A stretch of 64,000 nucleotides of DNA from Macrostomum lignano. Its lineage: Eukaryota. The DNA is taken from NCBI GenBank assembly GCA_002269645.1, contig NIVC01000225.1, forward strand, positions 62,001-126,000, written 5' to 3'. Of the stretch, positions 36,068-51,030 are shown one piece after another. A model generated the notes under the pieces. The model was given only the letters and a program-made list of their open reading frames with translations, did not search any database and was not told where the DNA came from. A program made the translations under genes and the position numbers. Position 1 is the first letter of the stretch, and every line of letters begins with the position of its first letter.

Positions 36068-36302
36068 AGCAACATTAAAGGCAGGCATTGTCATGATTGA
36101 CAATTTTTATGTCTTATGCTTAAAAACAAGCGTTACAATGACATGGTTTAGCTTTTTTTAAATCTATTTTATCTATGCACTGAGCCAATTACACATACTG
36201 TATTATGCTAAGGAATTTACCTGTTGATGAACAGGGGCATAGCCAAGACAGGGGGATACACCAAGGTGAATTTTCTACAGGGGGGATACACTAAGGTAAA
36301 AG

Positions 36303-36486
36303 GGCAATTTCTTAGTTTTGCATGTAATACCATTTAAAAAACAAACTATTGACATTATAAACTTTTATTGATGTTTAGGCCTAACTACCAGTTCTTAACT
36401 TGTTCTGTTGCCCATATGTTTTTGCACCATGTAAATATGCAATTTCAAATAGAAAATAATTAAACATGCAAAACTAGGAAATTGCC
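36303..36486. mobile_element. 184-bp MITE with 23-bp TIRs (22/23 match) and an 8-bp TSD (GGTAAAAG/AGTAAAAG); GG-starting TIR compatible with Merlin-type elements
   Basis: GGCAATTTCTTAGTTTTGCATGT at 36303-36325 and ACATGCAAAACTAGGAAATTGCC at 36464-36486. Confidence 0.65.
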
Positions 36487-39400
36487 AGTAAAAGTGCTAC
36501 GACAGAGTCACATGGTAGCATATATAGCAACAAAGGGCAACAAAGTTTTGGTCAGGCTCTTTGCTCTATGCCCCTTTTTATGAATTCACCATACAGCTAG
36601 GCCAGTTGACAAAAAAAAGTTGACAAGTTTAGCAGCATCCTTATTTTTTTGTAAAGTAATTAAATATGAAAAACTAGAGGATTGCACAAACAAAAACCAA
36701 AATGTTGGCAGGCAACCATGCTAAACATTAGGTCTACTATAATTTGTTAGGTCTATATAATTATGATAAGACCAGGCACTGCTAGTGCTATTTATTATAC
36801 AAATCAATTTTAGTCTTGAAACAATAAAAGTTTAAATAGTTAATTTAGGCCAATTAAGGATACTGAGACACTAACCTTTCAGATAGTTTTGTATTTTGAA
36901 GGCTGCAGAAAACTATATGGAATTAAGAATTGGTAGACCAGACCAGACCGTCACAACTAAAAAACTGCGAATCTAACTTAACAACAAAGATGCGTTGTCG
37001 CTGACGCTGTGTACTATATTATAGACTATAGATTAGAATATTAAACAATAAACAGCGGACACAGCGGAAATATTACGGGTTGCCTGGCTAAAGTTTACTA
37101 GTACTTCAAACACTAAAATGACCGAGCATTTATCCTTGATGACCTAAGCGCTAAGCATGCTAGGTCAGTAACAGTAGGCTAGGCTGCGAGTCAAGATTGT
37201 TTAAAATTTGAGTAAGCACGCACGTTTTAGAAAAAAACAATTAGTCTGACATTTTTAAATACGGAGAAATATTATTTAAAACAAGATTTTCTAAATTAAA
37301 GTATTATTTCAAAAGGTTACAAGCAAGATAAAAATTAGTCAAAAAAGCATGTAAAAACAGGATGTTAAAAGGCTCATTCTTACTTAAGACACAAGTTCGC
37401 AATCGAATACCCTACCAAATATTATCTACCTACATGTATATCGAATATCTGAATACCTAAACTCAATTTGGATTACGAGATAATTGTTGATAGCGAATAT
37501 GATGCATATATATTTTTGATACTAATATGTACATGTACAATGTAATTACTAAGGCCGATCATAAATTTTGGGTGCAGCAGCATGAACATCATGAAAGGCT
37601 ATAGCTGGTAACATTTTTTGTAATGCATGGTACTGATCGATAGTGTACATTTTCGTTCATTTTCACTTCGATCGATAGTAACCAACTATATATATACTGC
37701 AGGTCCTTGGTTTAAAGCATGTATCTTACATGTTGGTAGGATATGGACTCGATCTATACTATCGAATTCAAAACAACTCAAAATTTGAAATGATTCCCAT
37801 AACATGTATGCATGTAATTGTGTTAGACTATACGCCGCTCATTCTAAAGTATTTAAATTTTTACATGTAGATGATTCTTTTTCGTTACCATATCCAGAGC
37901 CTGACGTACAACTGTGCATAGACGGGAATGTTTTAGTGTTCAGGGGTCATAAACTACCCCCTAGATGACAATCTGTTCACACCCGCGTAGCAGATCTGTT
38001 TTTAACTTTCATTTCTTAACAGATCTTAGAATCTGCTATGTCTTGTAATATCTTACCAGATGCGGCTAGTATCTGCTCACGCTAAGTGCATAAATTTCTT
38101 ATCCAAATGAGTGTGGAGTATCAGGAATGTATAGAAAGAAATAATATGACAGTAACAAACATAAAAACACGCTTTAGTTAAGCTTAAAGTGTCATTAATT
38201 GCGTCAGTCATATCTGCTTTTTCATGCAAGATATGGAACAAAATATGCTGCTTCGTGTCAGATCTTACTTCACAAGGTTTGAAATCAAACATACATATGT
38301 TTAAATATATGTTGCCGAAACAAATTACTCACTTTTTATACATTCGATTTTCCTTTCAATAAATAAAAGGGAATAACGGTTAAAGACTTCATCGCAATGA
38401 AGAATTTTTTGTTATACCTTAGCTAGTAAAATAGGTATGAACAAAGTAATGAAAAACGTGCCTCTCCTTATCTGCAATTATTGACTTGTTGTCCATCTAA
38501 AAATAGGATCAGTTGAATCTTTCGCATATATACCATAATGTGCTTTAGACTTAATCTTAAATCGGTAAGGATCATTAGGAATTAGGTAGAATACCTTTAA
38601 AGTTTAGAGGTCAGGTCTAACTATCTCTCATATATTCCATCATTCTTAGGCTAATGCAATAATAATGGCAATGTCAAAATGATGGAAAAGCCATGACAAC
38701 TGACAAATTATATCAGACAACATGTCCATAGGTATAATGTTATTGTTTGAATGAAAAAATAATGCCTTTCAACTTATAAATTATATATAATATCCAGCTT
38801 TTTAGCTATTTACCTATTATTTATTAACTTCTCTACTAACCAAGGGACAGCCGGACAGGTAGGCCATAGGGTACCCATACATAACCTATTCCCCCTTCCT
38901 ATGACTCATGGGTCATGGCCATGGGTAGGCCTACCCTATTCTATAATCAGACACTGGTACTATACACCCTATAACTGATATTGTCTGTTAGGCCTATTGA
39001 GCTATGAATATATAGGCCCCTCCCTTACTTAGACTCTAGTTTATTCTATTTTATAAAAGGCCATACCAAGTGCAGATCTAGAAAACTTTTAAGAAAGGGG
39101 CCAAGCTATACCAAACACTACAACCCAATATTGGAAAATAGGCCTACTTAATAGACCTGGCATAGTTATAGTTGTAGACCAAAAAAAGGCTCATGACCAA
39201 GACTGCTATACACCAATACTGCTACAGCTCTAACTGGCTAATGGAATTGACACTGAGTGGGAGCTATTATCTTCCTGCATTGCTATTGCCATATTGGTTG
39301 TGATGGGTTATAGAGTTAGATAAGAGGAAATGTCCTAAGATTGGTTACTAATAAGGCAAATAAGTGGCCCAAAATGGTTGCAAGTCAACCAAGGCAATTT

Positions 39401-42400
39401 TAACAATATGCTTAGGCCTATCTTATAGTTCCTTTACAATTCAAATTGAATGAAAAAAATGAGGAGCCTGGCTTATTTACCCACTTGGCCCATATACTAG
39501 TTCCTTTCTTGTAGCCTTGTCTTATTGGCTCTCTCCATCTCACCCTTTCTCAGCATCATCCAATAACATGGCAAGCCAAATTCCTCCCCCTAGCTCCCCC
39601 AAGTATGGCAGTCTTTGTGTGGCAGTCTTGGTCCTACGGGCTATACCCCAAAAAGTAAAAAAAATTTTTTTTGGTTGCGGCTTTATATTTGCCACTAGGC
39701 CTGTGGGCCATACTCTGAAAAGTGGGTGTTTCTAACTTTAAACTACATGGTTCATTGATAATTATATTATGTTTGATTTTGTATGCTGTTATTATTAGTA
39801 ATACACTATTTAGACAATGCTATATATAGACTATGTATATAGTATAGATAGTATACTGGTCTAATCCATAAGCTAGCTAAGTAAGATCATGGATTATAAA
39901 GATTATCCAGAGATCATGAGGTTATGATTTAAATAGAAAATGCATGATTATAAGCATATTAGCCTTAGTCCTTGAGCTTATAAAATATGCATAATAGTAG
40001 TCATGATTATAAGTATCTTTATAAAATATTCTTCAAACTCAGTAATAATTTTTTTGATCACAATTATATTTTAATCTGAAGTCTAAACTTAAATTTCCAG
40101 GTGCAAATTTTTTATCTAATTTAGAAAGAATATGGAAACTGGTGATCATTCAAGCCAAAGTCCAAGGGCTAAAAGGCAACGCAGACCAGCAAGCCAGAAT
40201 TACTTTGGCTTGGAAAGGCAAAGGCAGCAAAATGTGTTCGTTTTGTTATGGTATAACAAAACCAATTCCTATAGCAAGGCCTTGTCTTTCAATAATGTTA
40301 TGTTTTCCAAGGTAAGTTATGCAAATATTTTTAATAGGTTGTTAAAATGGTTATATATATGCATTCGTCTTTGGTCTGGTCCTTAAGTTTTTAAATATAA
40401 TGGTAGCTTATAATGTAGGGCTAGGTTGTTTACTTAAATCACTTTAGACTTTGTATTCATTATTAATGTATATTTATTATGATAGTGTACTTTGGAAAAT
40501 ATTTTTATAGTGTTTTTGGTAATGACTTTGTGGTCAACAACATAATAATAAACACCTTGTTATTTTGCTAACAAAGGCTTGCTATGCTAGCCTTTGTCCC
40601 TTTTCTACTATTATCTTTCCATATTTGCAATAATGGACAAGTTAGCCGGAAAAGAGCTATTTTTTGAAAATTTGGAGTTTTTTGTTATCAAGAAAGTTAG
40701 TTTCTTGAGTTTAAGTTTAAATGTTTAATGTTTTTTATTTTAAAAAAATTATCTTTTTAAGATAACTTTTATTAACTAGTCATTGCCTATCACTGCTCAG
40801 GCTGCTGTATTGAATTATAAATCACATCTCCAATGCTTAATTCTTTAACAATCAAGTTAAGGATTATACTAAAAGTGGTAGAATATAAGTATATCCCAAA
40901 AGTAATAGCTTACTTACTATAACTGGCAATCCAATATAATTCCATTTTAGTTCTCTGTGTCCAAGAAAGCTGCCTGGCAAAAGGTAAGCATTAGTTTTGT
41001 CTGTTAGTCACTCATTGGAATCAATAATAAAAGTGTGGTGAAGAGCCATTTTTGTATATCATTTTTAGTATTTGGAAGAAACAATGAAAATAGGTTGAGC
41101 CTTTTGGGAGATAACCAAAGCAGTACGAAGACAGTTTTGGATGCGACGACTTTCCTGTTCCAATTGGTTTGGATTTCCTAAAGTGCTTGCTGGTGGCCGA
41201 TGATAACCAGGTCTACCTTGTGCCGATTCTGAGCTGCTGCGAACACAATTAGGTAGCCCATTTATTTGCGCGTGTTTTTTACTTCTGTGTAAAACCAAAG
41301 TATATTTTTCGTAATTAGTACATTAACACTATCTTGAATTTGATCCATTCGGTCTGTAATAACTTTAGATGTCATATAAGAATCTACAGAACTTACAACC
41401 AATATTAAACCCAATATCTACAGAACTTCATACCCAACTTTGCGTCCCCCTTGGCAGGTGCACACAGTATGCATGAGCACTGCGGCGACACGGCAGCCCC
41501 AGCAGTATGAGCAACCCTAGCAGGTAAGCAGGCAGCGCGCCTACACATTCGTGTCGTTTTTTCGTTCTCTGATGTATGGTACATTTTTATTTTGCTTACT
41601 AGATTAAAATTTGTCTATCTTCAGCCGCTCTGGGTATTACTAGTACAAGCTACAAGTGCAAAATAATATGTAGTTTAAAAACCTAATATATTGCTTACTA
41701 AGCTCTAAAATCCGAATTTCGAAGTAGAAAGTGAATAATATTAGTCTTGTCAGTGTCACAAATATCTTCATTTCCCTGCCAGATGCCCTGCGTTGCCTAC
41801 TGTGCATTGGTGCTCAGCCTTCGGTGCCCAGCTGCCTTCGGTGCCCAGCTGCCTTCGGTGCCCAGCTGCACTCTGTCATTATGCGTAGCCGCCTTTGGTG
41901 AACAGATTTGCAAAACTTAATACTTTACAAAACTTTTATAGTTTACTTTTCAAAAGAGAGTTTTGTAAACAGTTTTTAATGCAGCTATATCAGAATGGGG
42001 GATTTTTTTAACTAACTGGCATCAAATTAACAGAAAGAAACGGTTGGTAATGCAATATGGCAAAACGGAAATTTCGACGAGCAAAAGTTACTATAGTTAC
42101 TCTGATTTTAGAGAAATTTGTTCAACACTTATTCTTGCAGAAGCAATTTGCTCTTAAGATGTGCCGTTCCCTCCCCTCCAAGACACCCGGATTGGGATGA
42201 AATTAGAAATATTGCCATGAAATTTATATAATTGCCGTAATTGTAATTTTATTTCCACAAAAATTAATTAAATTGCAATTTGCTGTGCAATTCACTTGCA
42301 ATTATTGCAATTTTACTCAAATGTTATACTTTCTACTTACAGTAGAATACTTTAAATATTAAATTGGACGAATTGCAATTTGATTGTGAATTTTTACTTT

Positions 42401-44099
42401 CTAAATTTTGTGTTAGCTATAAAGGAAATGAGCCAATAACTATATATGTATGATAGCCTAATTTTGTAAAGATTTGTTTTAGCAACATTTTTAAGGAAAA
42501 TGTTTATAATTTAGTTTATATCGCATGCTTGTCGAGATTGCAATTTAATTATAATTTGCTATAATTTTTGCAATGGAATTTTATTGTATTTTGCTGTGTT
42601 TGCTACTTCATTACGCCTTTATGTTTTTGTGTTCATGCTTTTGTAAATACTATATGCTCTCTGTATGTAAATTATAAATAAAAATTAAATAGTAAAAATG
42701 TTTAAATAGAGAATTGCCCAATAGTGCCACAATAATTCACCCAATAATAAAATGCAGAGAAAAATTTTCTTTTGTTTATATTACTTTTTTCTTCAGGTAA
42801 CTTCCCGAGTTCCCGAGTCTTAAAATTTTGATTATGTATGCACCATAGAGGTACTGCACGCGCATTGCATGCTATAGACATTCATCTTCTATGCCTTATC
42901 AGATCTTGACTAATCTTGTATCTTCTTGGAAGATATGGCCTCAAGAACTTGCATGATCCTGTGTCATCTTAGCAGATCTGGCCCGAAGATCTTGCATGAT
43001 CTGTTCAGAAGATCTGGTAAGAATTGACTATGTATTTCAATGGCGAAGATCTGCTGAGCTCTTGCAAGAACTTAGGGCGCAGTTCAAGTCAGATCTTGTA
43101 AGAAACCCCAAGCCAATGTCATCTAGGGCCTATACATATGTAGCTCATGCCTTTCCTTGACTCTTCGCTATCTTAATAGGGTCAACTTTAAATCGCTTTG
43201 AATCCGGCATTCATCATGCTCAAGCCCCGATTTGCTTGGACGACTATATTTTCAATACTATTGCACTCGACCGAGCAGCGCTCGATCCTTCGAACTTTTT
43301 TTAATTGGATCCAATGGTCTAATAGACCCTTTAGAGTCTACTAGCTACACACCCTATATGATAAATTTAAACCATGCAACAAGGACTAATTACTACTCAA
43401 GCAGGGCGAGAAAGTAAATTCCTTGGAAAAATATATTAGCGATGCAGGTTTTACCGAAAAATGCACTGGGCAGATAGCTTAACTTACATATGATGTATTT
43501 TTTTTCTTACATCTCTATTGATAATAATTCGTATTCGTACGGTAGAGATTTTCGCCTATATAGCCAGGATTCTTTGTTAATTTTATATGCTACGTACAAC
43601 CGTACTCGAATTTTTCAAGAAACGTGTAACATATGTAGTTTCCCGTCCTTCTATTTAAGTAGCATTTGCATGGGTAACTGCATGTTTGCTCGCGTTTATG
43701 CATTCACAGTGTACGCGGTGATGCCGAACTGGATGAACTGGATTAAACATTGTGGTATGGCATAACAGTAAGCAGAACTGCTACTCCCACAAAACTGGCA
43801 GAAGTCAGAATACACTGTCTGCTATGCCCCCGCCCGGCTCAGTAGTCTGAATCATGATTGGAATAGCGCAGCTGAAAATGCAGCCGTGCCCATGCAGATC
43901 AGGAAGAAAGCCAGAGAGCGCGCCGACAATGAGAGCGAGTGCAGGCGTTCAACTGAGACCGAACCCCCCATGCATGAATGCACTAAATTCAAATGAAAAA
44001 CGCGTTAGTCAAGAGGAAAGGTGCTCGTATAATGCTTCCAAGCGTTATCTGATAATCAGAACAGAGAAAAAGTAAACAGAAACTAATATTGGCTGTGTC

Positions 44100-44850
44100 C
44101 TATAATCCCATGAACTGTGTACCAGCTGAGTACACTGTACGCTGGTACAAGTTCCCCGCTGCTCTTTGACTTACTTGACTCAGCTGCAGGAGGCTGTCCC
44201 GGAGGGGACACAGTGGGAAGGCGCGGACGCCTATTCCGCTGATCCCTGAACGGCCGACGCGTCGCTAGGAACGAAGGGTTGGTGCCATCCAGGGAGCTAG
44301 GCCCCAGTGTCGCCAGCATTGGTCCTTTTTTATCCATTGTCGGCTCGAAGGCCATGATTAAGGTCGGTAGGCTTCCCTCGAAGGGGCGCGGTACCCACCC
44401 GGCCGCTTCACCTGACCGTGCAGTAGGCCAAAAAAACCCTCAAGGCTGATCCGACACCAGGAGGGAGACCGCTAGCGACCGGACTACTCCCCAGTCTTCC
44501 AGACCATCGGCACGGTCGAACACCTAGGCGTTAAGGGTACGAATTGAGCGGTTCCACGGCCTGCGGACTGGCGAGCCAAACCAGAATACTGAAGCTCAGC
44601 AAAAGCCACTGGAGCCTACGGCTGCCAGAGGCAAACAGAGGGTGCAGACCTCCCACCAGCCTTTACTGCTGAAGATAGGGGCAGGCGTGAAGCATGGGCG
44701 GGCCTGGTCTGTCTCATGCTTCACTGACATACTAAATAGGTCATTGCGAGCCCCATCTCGACACAGGCTGTCGAACAATTTATTGGCAAACGATATGTTT
44801 GGATTTCCAAGTTTTCCACCATGCCACCCTTAGTTCGTTTAGAACTCTTC
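44100..44850. mobile_element. Degenerate, rearranged Ty3/Gypsy integrase remnants
   Basis: Plus-strand fragments translate as VFQTI..HLGVKGT..ERFH (~44490-44570) and PISTQAVEQFIGKRYVW (~44750-44805), resembling the integrase zinc-binding region. Stops and frameshifts are present. Confidence 0.45.
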
Positions 44851-45450
44851 GCAAATAGCTCGGATGAATTCATATGCACCTGGGTATTGAGACACAATGG
44901 CGAGGCTTCAAGTCTCAGCGAACTCTACTCAATTTTTGGGGTGCTGCAAAATTCTAGCTTAATGCCGAATCCATGTAAAGAAGCGACTTCTTTTCTAAGA
45001 TAAAATGTGACTGGCAGAAACAGCGCACGCCAGCTTCTGAAGGAGACACACCTCCACAGCAAACTTTAGACCCACAAGCGGTCCGCTCAAAGAAAATGGT
45101 TAGGAAGGCAAAAATCCAGCTCAGCATTTTCAAAACTCTCCAAGGCGGCCGACCCCCCTGCCCGCCTCAAGTGAAGTGGGGGCTTCGCTGGGCCAGTTGG
45201 CAGTTCATTTAACGCTGCATTGAATATTCACAACAGCAAAGTCACTCGGCATTCGGGCCAGACAGTGACAGAGAGTTATGTGAGGCTAGACAATAGCTCA
45301 ACTGCTACTCATTCTTGTGACAAATGAATCCTCCACCAGCCACACCCATTTAGTCTCGGCATTTAAAGCACGAAGCCATTCTTCCTCTGCAACAACTCAC
45401 TCAACTTGCCCCCTCGCCGCACCAGCAACACAACTCTAAAAACAGCAGGC

Positions 45451-47198
45451 ATGCCTGGACGTCTAAACGTAGCGAAGGCGGACCACAAGTTTGCCGCGTC
45501 GAACCAGAGCCGTCGAATTCAATTCATTGTAGTCGCCGGCGTGCTGCAGCTCGCCTTTCTCATCATTTTTGGTATCTTCGTCCGCTACGACAGCGCTGCT
45601 GACGCAAAGTACATCGGCGACCCTGATGTGGTTGCCAAGAAGCGAGGAGTCAGCGGTTCCAGTACACTGGGCCCGCCGGTAAAGGATGATCTGGCTTCAT
45701 ACTATTCAATGTTTCAGGACATCCATGTCATGATGTTTGTCGGCTTTGGATTCCTCATGACTTTCCTCAAGAGATACGGATTCAGCAGTGTGGGCATCAA
45801 CATGTTCCTGGCATGTATTGTCATTCAGTGGTCCACGATCGTGCGTGGCTGTTTCCACCTACACGATGGCAAGATCACCTTTGGCGTAGTGGATCTGCTG
45901 TATAGTGACTTCTCGTGCGTTGGCATTCTGATTTCGTACGGCTGCGTTTTGGGAAAGCTCACTCCCGTGCAAATGATGATCATGGCCATGATTCAGGTTC
46001 CCATCTTTGTTGGCAACGAGTATTTGGGTCTCGAGATTTTCATGGTTAAAGACGTCGGAGGTTCGATCTTTCTACATATCTTTGGAGCTTATTTCGGCCT
46101 GTTTGTGTCCCTGGTGACATTCGACAGGAACGTTGCCGGGCACCGCAGTGATTCAACCATCTATCACTCCGAGATCTTCAGCATGATCGGTACCCTGTTC
46201 TTGTGGATGTTTTGGCCGAGCTTCAACTCCGCCGTCGCGCTTCAAGACAGCAGATTGCGAGGCGTCATCAATACCTACATCACCTTGAGCTCCTGCACGG
46301 TTGTTGCTTTTCTATTGAGCGCTGCATTGACGGAAGACCGAAAGTTTCTGATGATGCACATTCAGAACAGCACCATAGCTGGTGAGTTACTTTAATAAAT
46401 GCTACGAGCGTATGTCCGAGAGTAGCTCGTATCTTCTTGAAAATATGAACAGGAAGGCTTGCGCTGCTTTGCTCAGCAGTTCCAGAAATCTTTTTTTTAA
46501 CTATTGATGCGACAAACTATACAATACAATATTACGCTCTTTCAGGTGGAGTAGCAGTCGGATCCGTGGCAGACATGCAGCTGCAGCCTTGGGGCGCCAT
46601 GCTCATTGGAGTCGTAGCCGCCATCGTATCCGTGACTGGCTATCGCTTCCTCACACCCAAGCTGGAGAAAATCCGGTTTCACGACACGTGCGGCGTCAAC
46701 AATCTGCACGGCATGCCGGGCCTAATCAGCGGCATCGCCAGCGCCATTGCCTGCGCTGTTGCCTCGCGCGAAATGTACGGCGATTCTCTCTTCGTAGTCT
46801 TTCCAGCCATGGCGCCGGCCAACACCACGGTGACGGTGTCGCTGCTGAACGGTGATCACGAAATCAAGACAGGCCTCGGCAGGACGCCCGGCACCCAGGG
46901 ACTCTACCAGCTGGCCGCCATTGGTTGCACCCTGGCCGTGGCCATCGTTGGTGGCACCCTGACTGGTCTGATACTGCGTCTGCCGTTTTTCGACTCATAC
47001 GACAGGGTCACCTACTACTCTGACGAGCCGCACTGGCACAGGCCGGAGGACGGCTTTCCGGACCGGTTTACACAGCTGATTTACCACAAGGGCGAGACCC
47101 AAGTGGTGCCGGAGCACCGCGTTGACGACGTAACTTTGCGCGGCGCCACCTACGAGGTGAAGGTCAACCAGGCCTACGAGCTGCAAGAGGCCAACTGA
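45451..47198 (+). CDS. Rh50: Rh-family (Rh50-type) ammonium transporter, 527 aa; exons 45451-46381 and 46546-47198
   Basis: YSMFQDIHVMMFVGFGFLMTFLKRYGFSSVG, DVGGSIFLHIFGAYFGL, FSMIGTLFLWMFWPSFNSA, HIQNSTIAG|GVAVG and HDTCGVNNLHGMPG, including both pore histidines. The phase-1 GTGAGT/TTTCAG intron is consistent. Confidence 0.95.
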
Positions 47199-50140
47199 CA
47201 GATCGTCGGAGCCCAAATAGACAGCTGAAATTTTCAGTGACGCAAGTAAATTCTCTAATTTTTAGGGATGCCAAATTCATAAACGATTGATGAGGGATTA
47301 GATAAGGTTCATTTTTATCATTTTATCAATAGATATTAGATTAGCGCTGTTCTTTTTCAACTTTTGAATTCACTGAAGTTTTTAAAAGACATATTCAATA
47401 TTCAACAGCTTTTCATTTTAAAGAAATTAACACGCGACTCACTTACTCTTTCACAAAATGTATAATTAAATAATACATTAATATGCTTCGAAGAACATAT
47501 AAAACTACAGTTCGTCTTTAATAGTAACAGGTTTGTATAATTCTTACTTTAAGACCATCTCGACATCGATAATCTTTTGTCGAATTTTTATTTTTAATTT
47601 TTCTCTATTTTTTATGTTTGCTTTCGCGCGCTTGTCTACTTGATAATTTTACCTGTTTAACCAATAACCTCTAACCTGTTTATAAACTCAAAATTTATGA
47701 AATTGGACCCTACGTGTGTTCAGGATTGGTTAATTTTTATTAGCCTACAGTTTGAGGACAAAAAGTCTGCCAAGACGAGCGATCTTCAGTAGATATAATA
47801 GCCATACCTCGTCCGACTGCGTATCTGGTGCATGTAATTTTCGATTTCGGTTCAACTTGAGGCCACTACATGCATGGCCCTATATTAGCTGGTATTTTCT
47901 GTCCATGTTTTAACAATTCTCGATGGCTGTGACTAGGTTATCCTTTCTCCGATATCTCGACGGTTTTTTGAGGGCCCTTTTCCAAAGATCATGACAATTT
48001 TGTGCGTTTTTATTGGGAACACGCGAATATCCCACATATCTTCTTATAGCTTGCATAATTAAAATCATTATCGACTCAAAACTACTATAAACAATAGCTT
48101 GTATACCGCATGTAAAATTAATCTGCCATGAATTGCAGTTGTAGGTGGAGTTTCACCTAGTATAGATATGTTGATGGAGCTATGGACCGCTCCAGTATAT
48201 TGTTGTGTTGAGCCACGAAATACTAAAGACTGTGGTTACAGTAGGACCCATGTTTTTAACAGCTAAATATGTACATATAGAATTGTAAGCATACATGTGG
48301 ATGTGGCGCGGTATAACGCGGGGACGAGACACCGCAACAAGAAGGTATTAGCTAGCTGTACATGTAGGCTTTTACAGCGAACCCAAACATATAGAGCAAT
48401 TATTTTCGTTTTCATGGAGCTGAGCATGCAAAACTCACAAACCAATTACTACCATAACAGCAATTTTGCAAACCCTCGGTGGAGTCCACAATCTTCATAT
48501 CCTCGATCAACTCTTAGAGACATGATGTACATGTATGTCACGGATATGGTACTATTCAAATGGAATTGAATGGGGCTTATTTGCTTCAAAAATTAACAAT
48601 AGAGACTGTACAAGGTCAAAGCCTACATGCAGTATATTTAAAAATAGTTTCTTTCTTTGTTGCCTCAGCCAACTGGCGGTGCATATTCCTAGTTTATTAC
48701 TGAGTAGTAGCGGCTAGAACACATAAAAAAGTATCTACTCATCAGTTTTTAGGAGGCTGAGTTCTAAGACCAATCGGATTGAAGTTTATTTTAAATTTTC
48801 AATAAATAATTCTGCAAAGTTAATGTTTATCTTGTTCATATGATAGGGGCTTAAGGATTTTGTTTTAATTATTATCATCGGAATCAAAAAATTAGAACGA
48901 ACGTGACGTGCGTTAAATTAAGTGCCCGCCCATGTGATATGACGCAGGAGGCAGCATTACACTTACACTTAAGGTGCATGTAACTTCACGATCAAATTCT
49001 ATTTCGTAATCTGAATTTTTTAGTTTAGATTATTGAATCGGATGTGTAAAACATTTTTCAAGGAATCAATCATGTTTTTTTAGATTTATCGAAATTCCAA
49101 AATGAAGCCTAAGGCTAAGCAAGGATGGATTATTAGATAACTGCCTGCAAAAGACTGCCGGATCCCTAGCCATTAGAAAACAGGTTCTGGTGCCGTAACT
49201 CTAGCCATTACCACAAGGATGGTGCCCAGGCCTATGCTATTGAGTATTGCTATATAATAAGTTAGATTTAGGTGTATATAGTGATAAAGTTTTTTAACAT
49301 TGCTTAGCAATTCTATATGCTAAACAAATGTATTGTATCTTTTTTGACCAGCATTAGCCATGAGACATCTTAATTCTATATTTTTTTGGTCATCAAATGT
49401 ATAGCCATGGCCATTATATATTATGTAGGGCCTAGGGGGCCTATTATAGGAATAATTTGTAGGCTGTTTTTGAGGCTATAAATATAGATGCAAGTGACAT
49501 TAGAAAGTCTTAAGTTTATATACAAGATTTGATTCCATTTGCTTTTGAAATGGCTAAGTACAAGCCATAGTTTGGATCATGCTAAATATATACCAACCAA
49601 TAATATACAAGTATATATACTCAGTATATATTCATCATTGTACACTAATACTAAGTAAATGCAGTCCAATACCAATTGTAGGTGCAACAATAAAGGACTT
49701 TTTTGCAGTTGCAATAATAAAGCCAAGGACATTTTCAGTGGCTTTCATTTTTACAACATAACTTTTTATTAAAACTAAAGTCTAAACTAATGTCAATGAT
49801 ACAGCCTATATCTATATGCTACATATGTTCTTACTAACAAACTTAATAATGTTGATACCTTTTCAATTAGATACATTTCTCTTAGTTAATGCTTATAGAA
49901 ATATCACTGTTCTTTTTTAGTCTTTAAATATAAAAACTTTCTATGGCAAATAACTTTAATGATTATCCATTATAAGCCCTACATTGATGCGCATAATATA
50001 CATTGCATGCCAATTGTGCACACTAATAACTATACTTTCTTTGTTGCATCACATATATATTGATATTTTAAAATGCATACTATATAGAAAATTATGTTAC
50101 ACACTATATCTTCTATAGATAGGAATATAAGGAGATTTTT

Positions 50141-51030
50141 AGAAAGATCGTTGAAAAACTTTATGTAGATAAGAAGCTAGTATCAATTGCAAGACAGCTT
50201 GGTATCTCAAGAATGCAAGTCTATTGAACCAAAAAGCTCCTTAATAAAGATTGGGAATACAAAAGCTTAGTATAAAATTAGGTGCTATTGCATATCTTGC
50301 ATTGTTACTATAATTCAAGCTATAAAACAATGGATTCATCAAAATCCCAAGAGGAATATCTAGCAGCTAGCATATGACTTTAGCATAGCTGACTCCACAG
50401 TGAGGAAACTCATCAAAGATGACCTAAGCATGCATAGCAAGGCTATTGTTGCCTGATATAGTATGTTTGCCAACTGGAAATGTTGTCGTACAGAGAAGGC
50501 TAGAGGTCTGCTAAACTAACTAATAAAGTCCCATGGTAGATTCATGCACATCTTTTTAGACAAGAAGTTGTTCACCATTGATGTCATCAACAGGCAAATT
50601 ATTGCTATATTGTCTCTAGGCTAATGTCTAAGATCCTAAGCAATGTTTGGATGATTCAACACTGTTAGCACCTTGGCTTAGTAATGGTTCTAGGCATTAT
50701 CATGTTTGATAGCCAAAGTGCCTATCAATCTTCATTGAGGCTGGTGTGAAAATCAACTTGGCAACATACTAGGAGCTTTTAAAGATGTGAGTCATGCCTT
50801 GGTTTCAACAGAGATACCTAGGAGGTGACTACGAGTATGTGTGTTAGCAAGATAGCACTCTAGCTCATACTGTGAGGACAATGCAGTTTTTTTTTGGTGG
50901 CCAACTTCAGCAATTTCTAGGTAAGGACATCTGGCCTCTTTCATTGCCCATTGAACCCTTTAGACTTCTATTTCTAGGTGCATGTGGAGAAGGCCTGCCA
51001 ACTTCAATACAGGAGCATAGTGGATCTTAA
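50141..51030 (+). pseudogene. Dead Tc1/mariner transposase of the DD37D (maT) type, heavily C>T/G>A mutated
   Basis: HTH IARQLGISRMQVY; NPKRNI*QLA..STVRKLIKDDL; F(S)D(E)KLFTID; VMVLGI; IFIEAGVKIN; Q-D..AHT; WP.S.P.LNPLDF. There are 37 residues between the second and third Asp after correcting frameshifts. Many stop codons. Confidence 0.85.
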
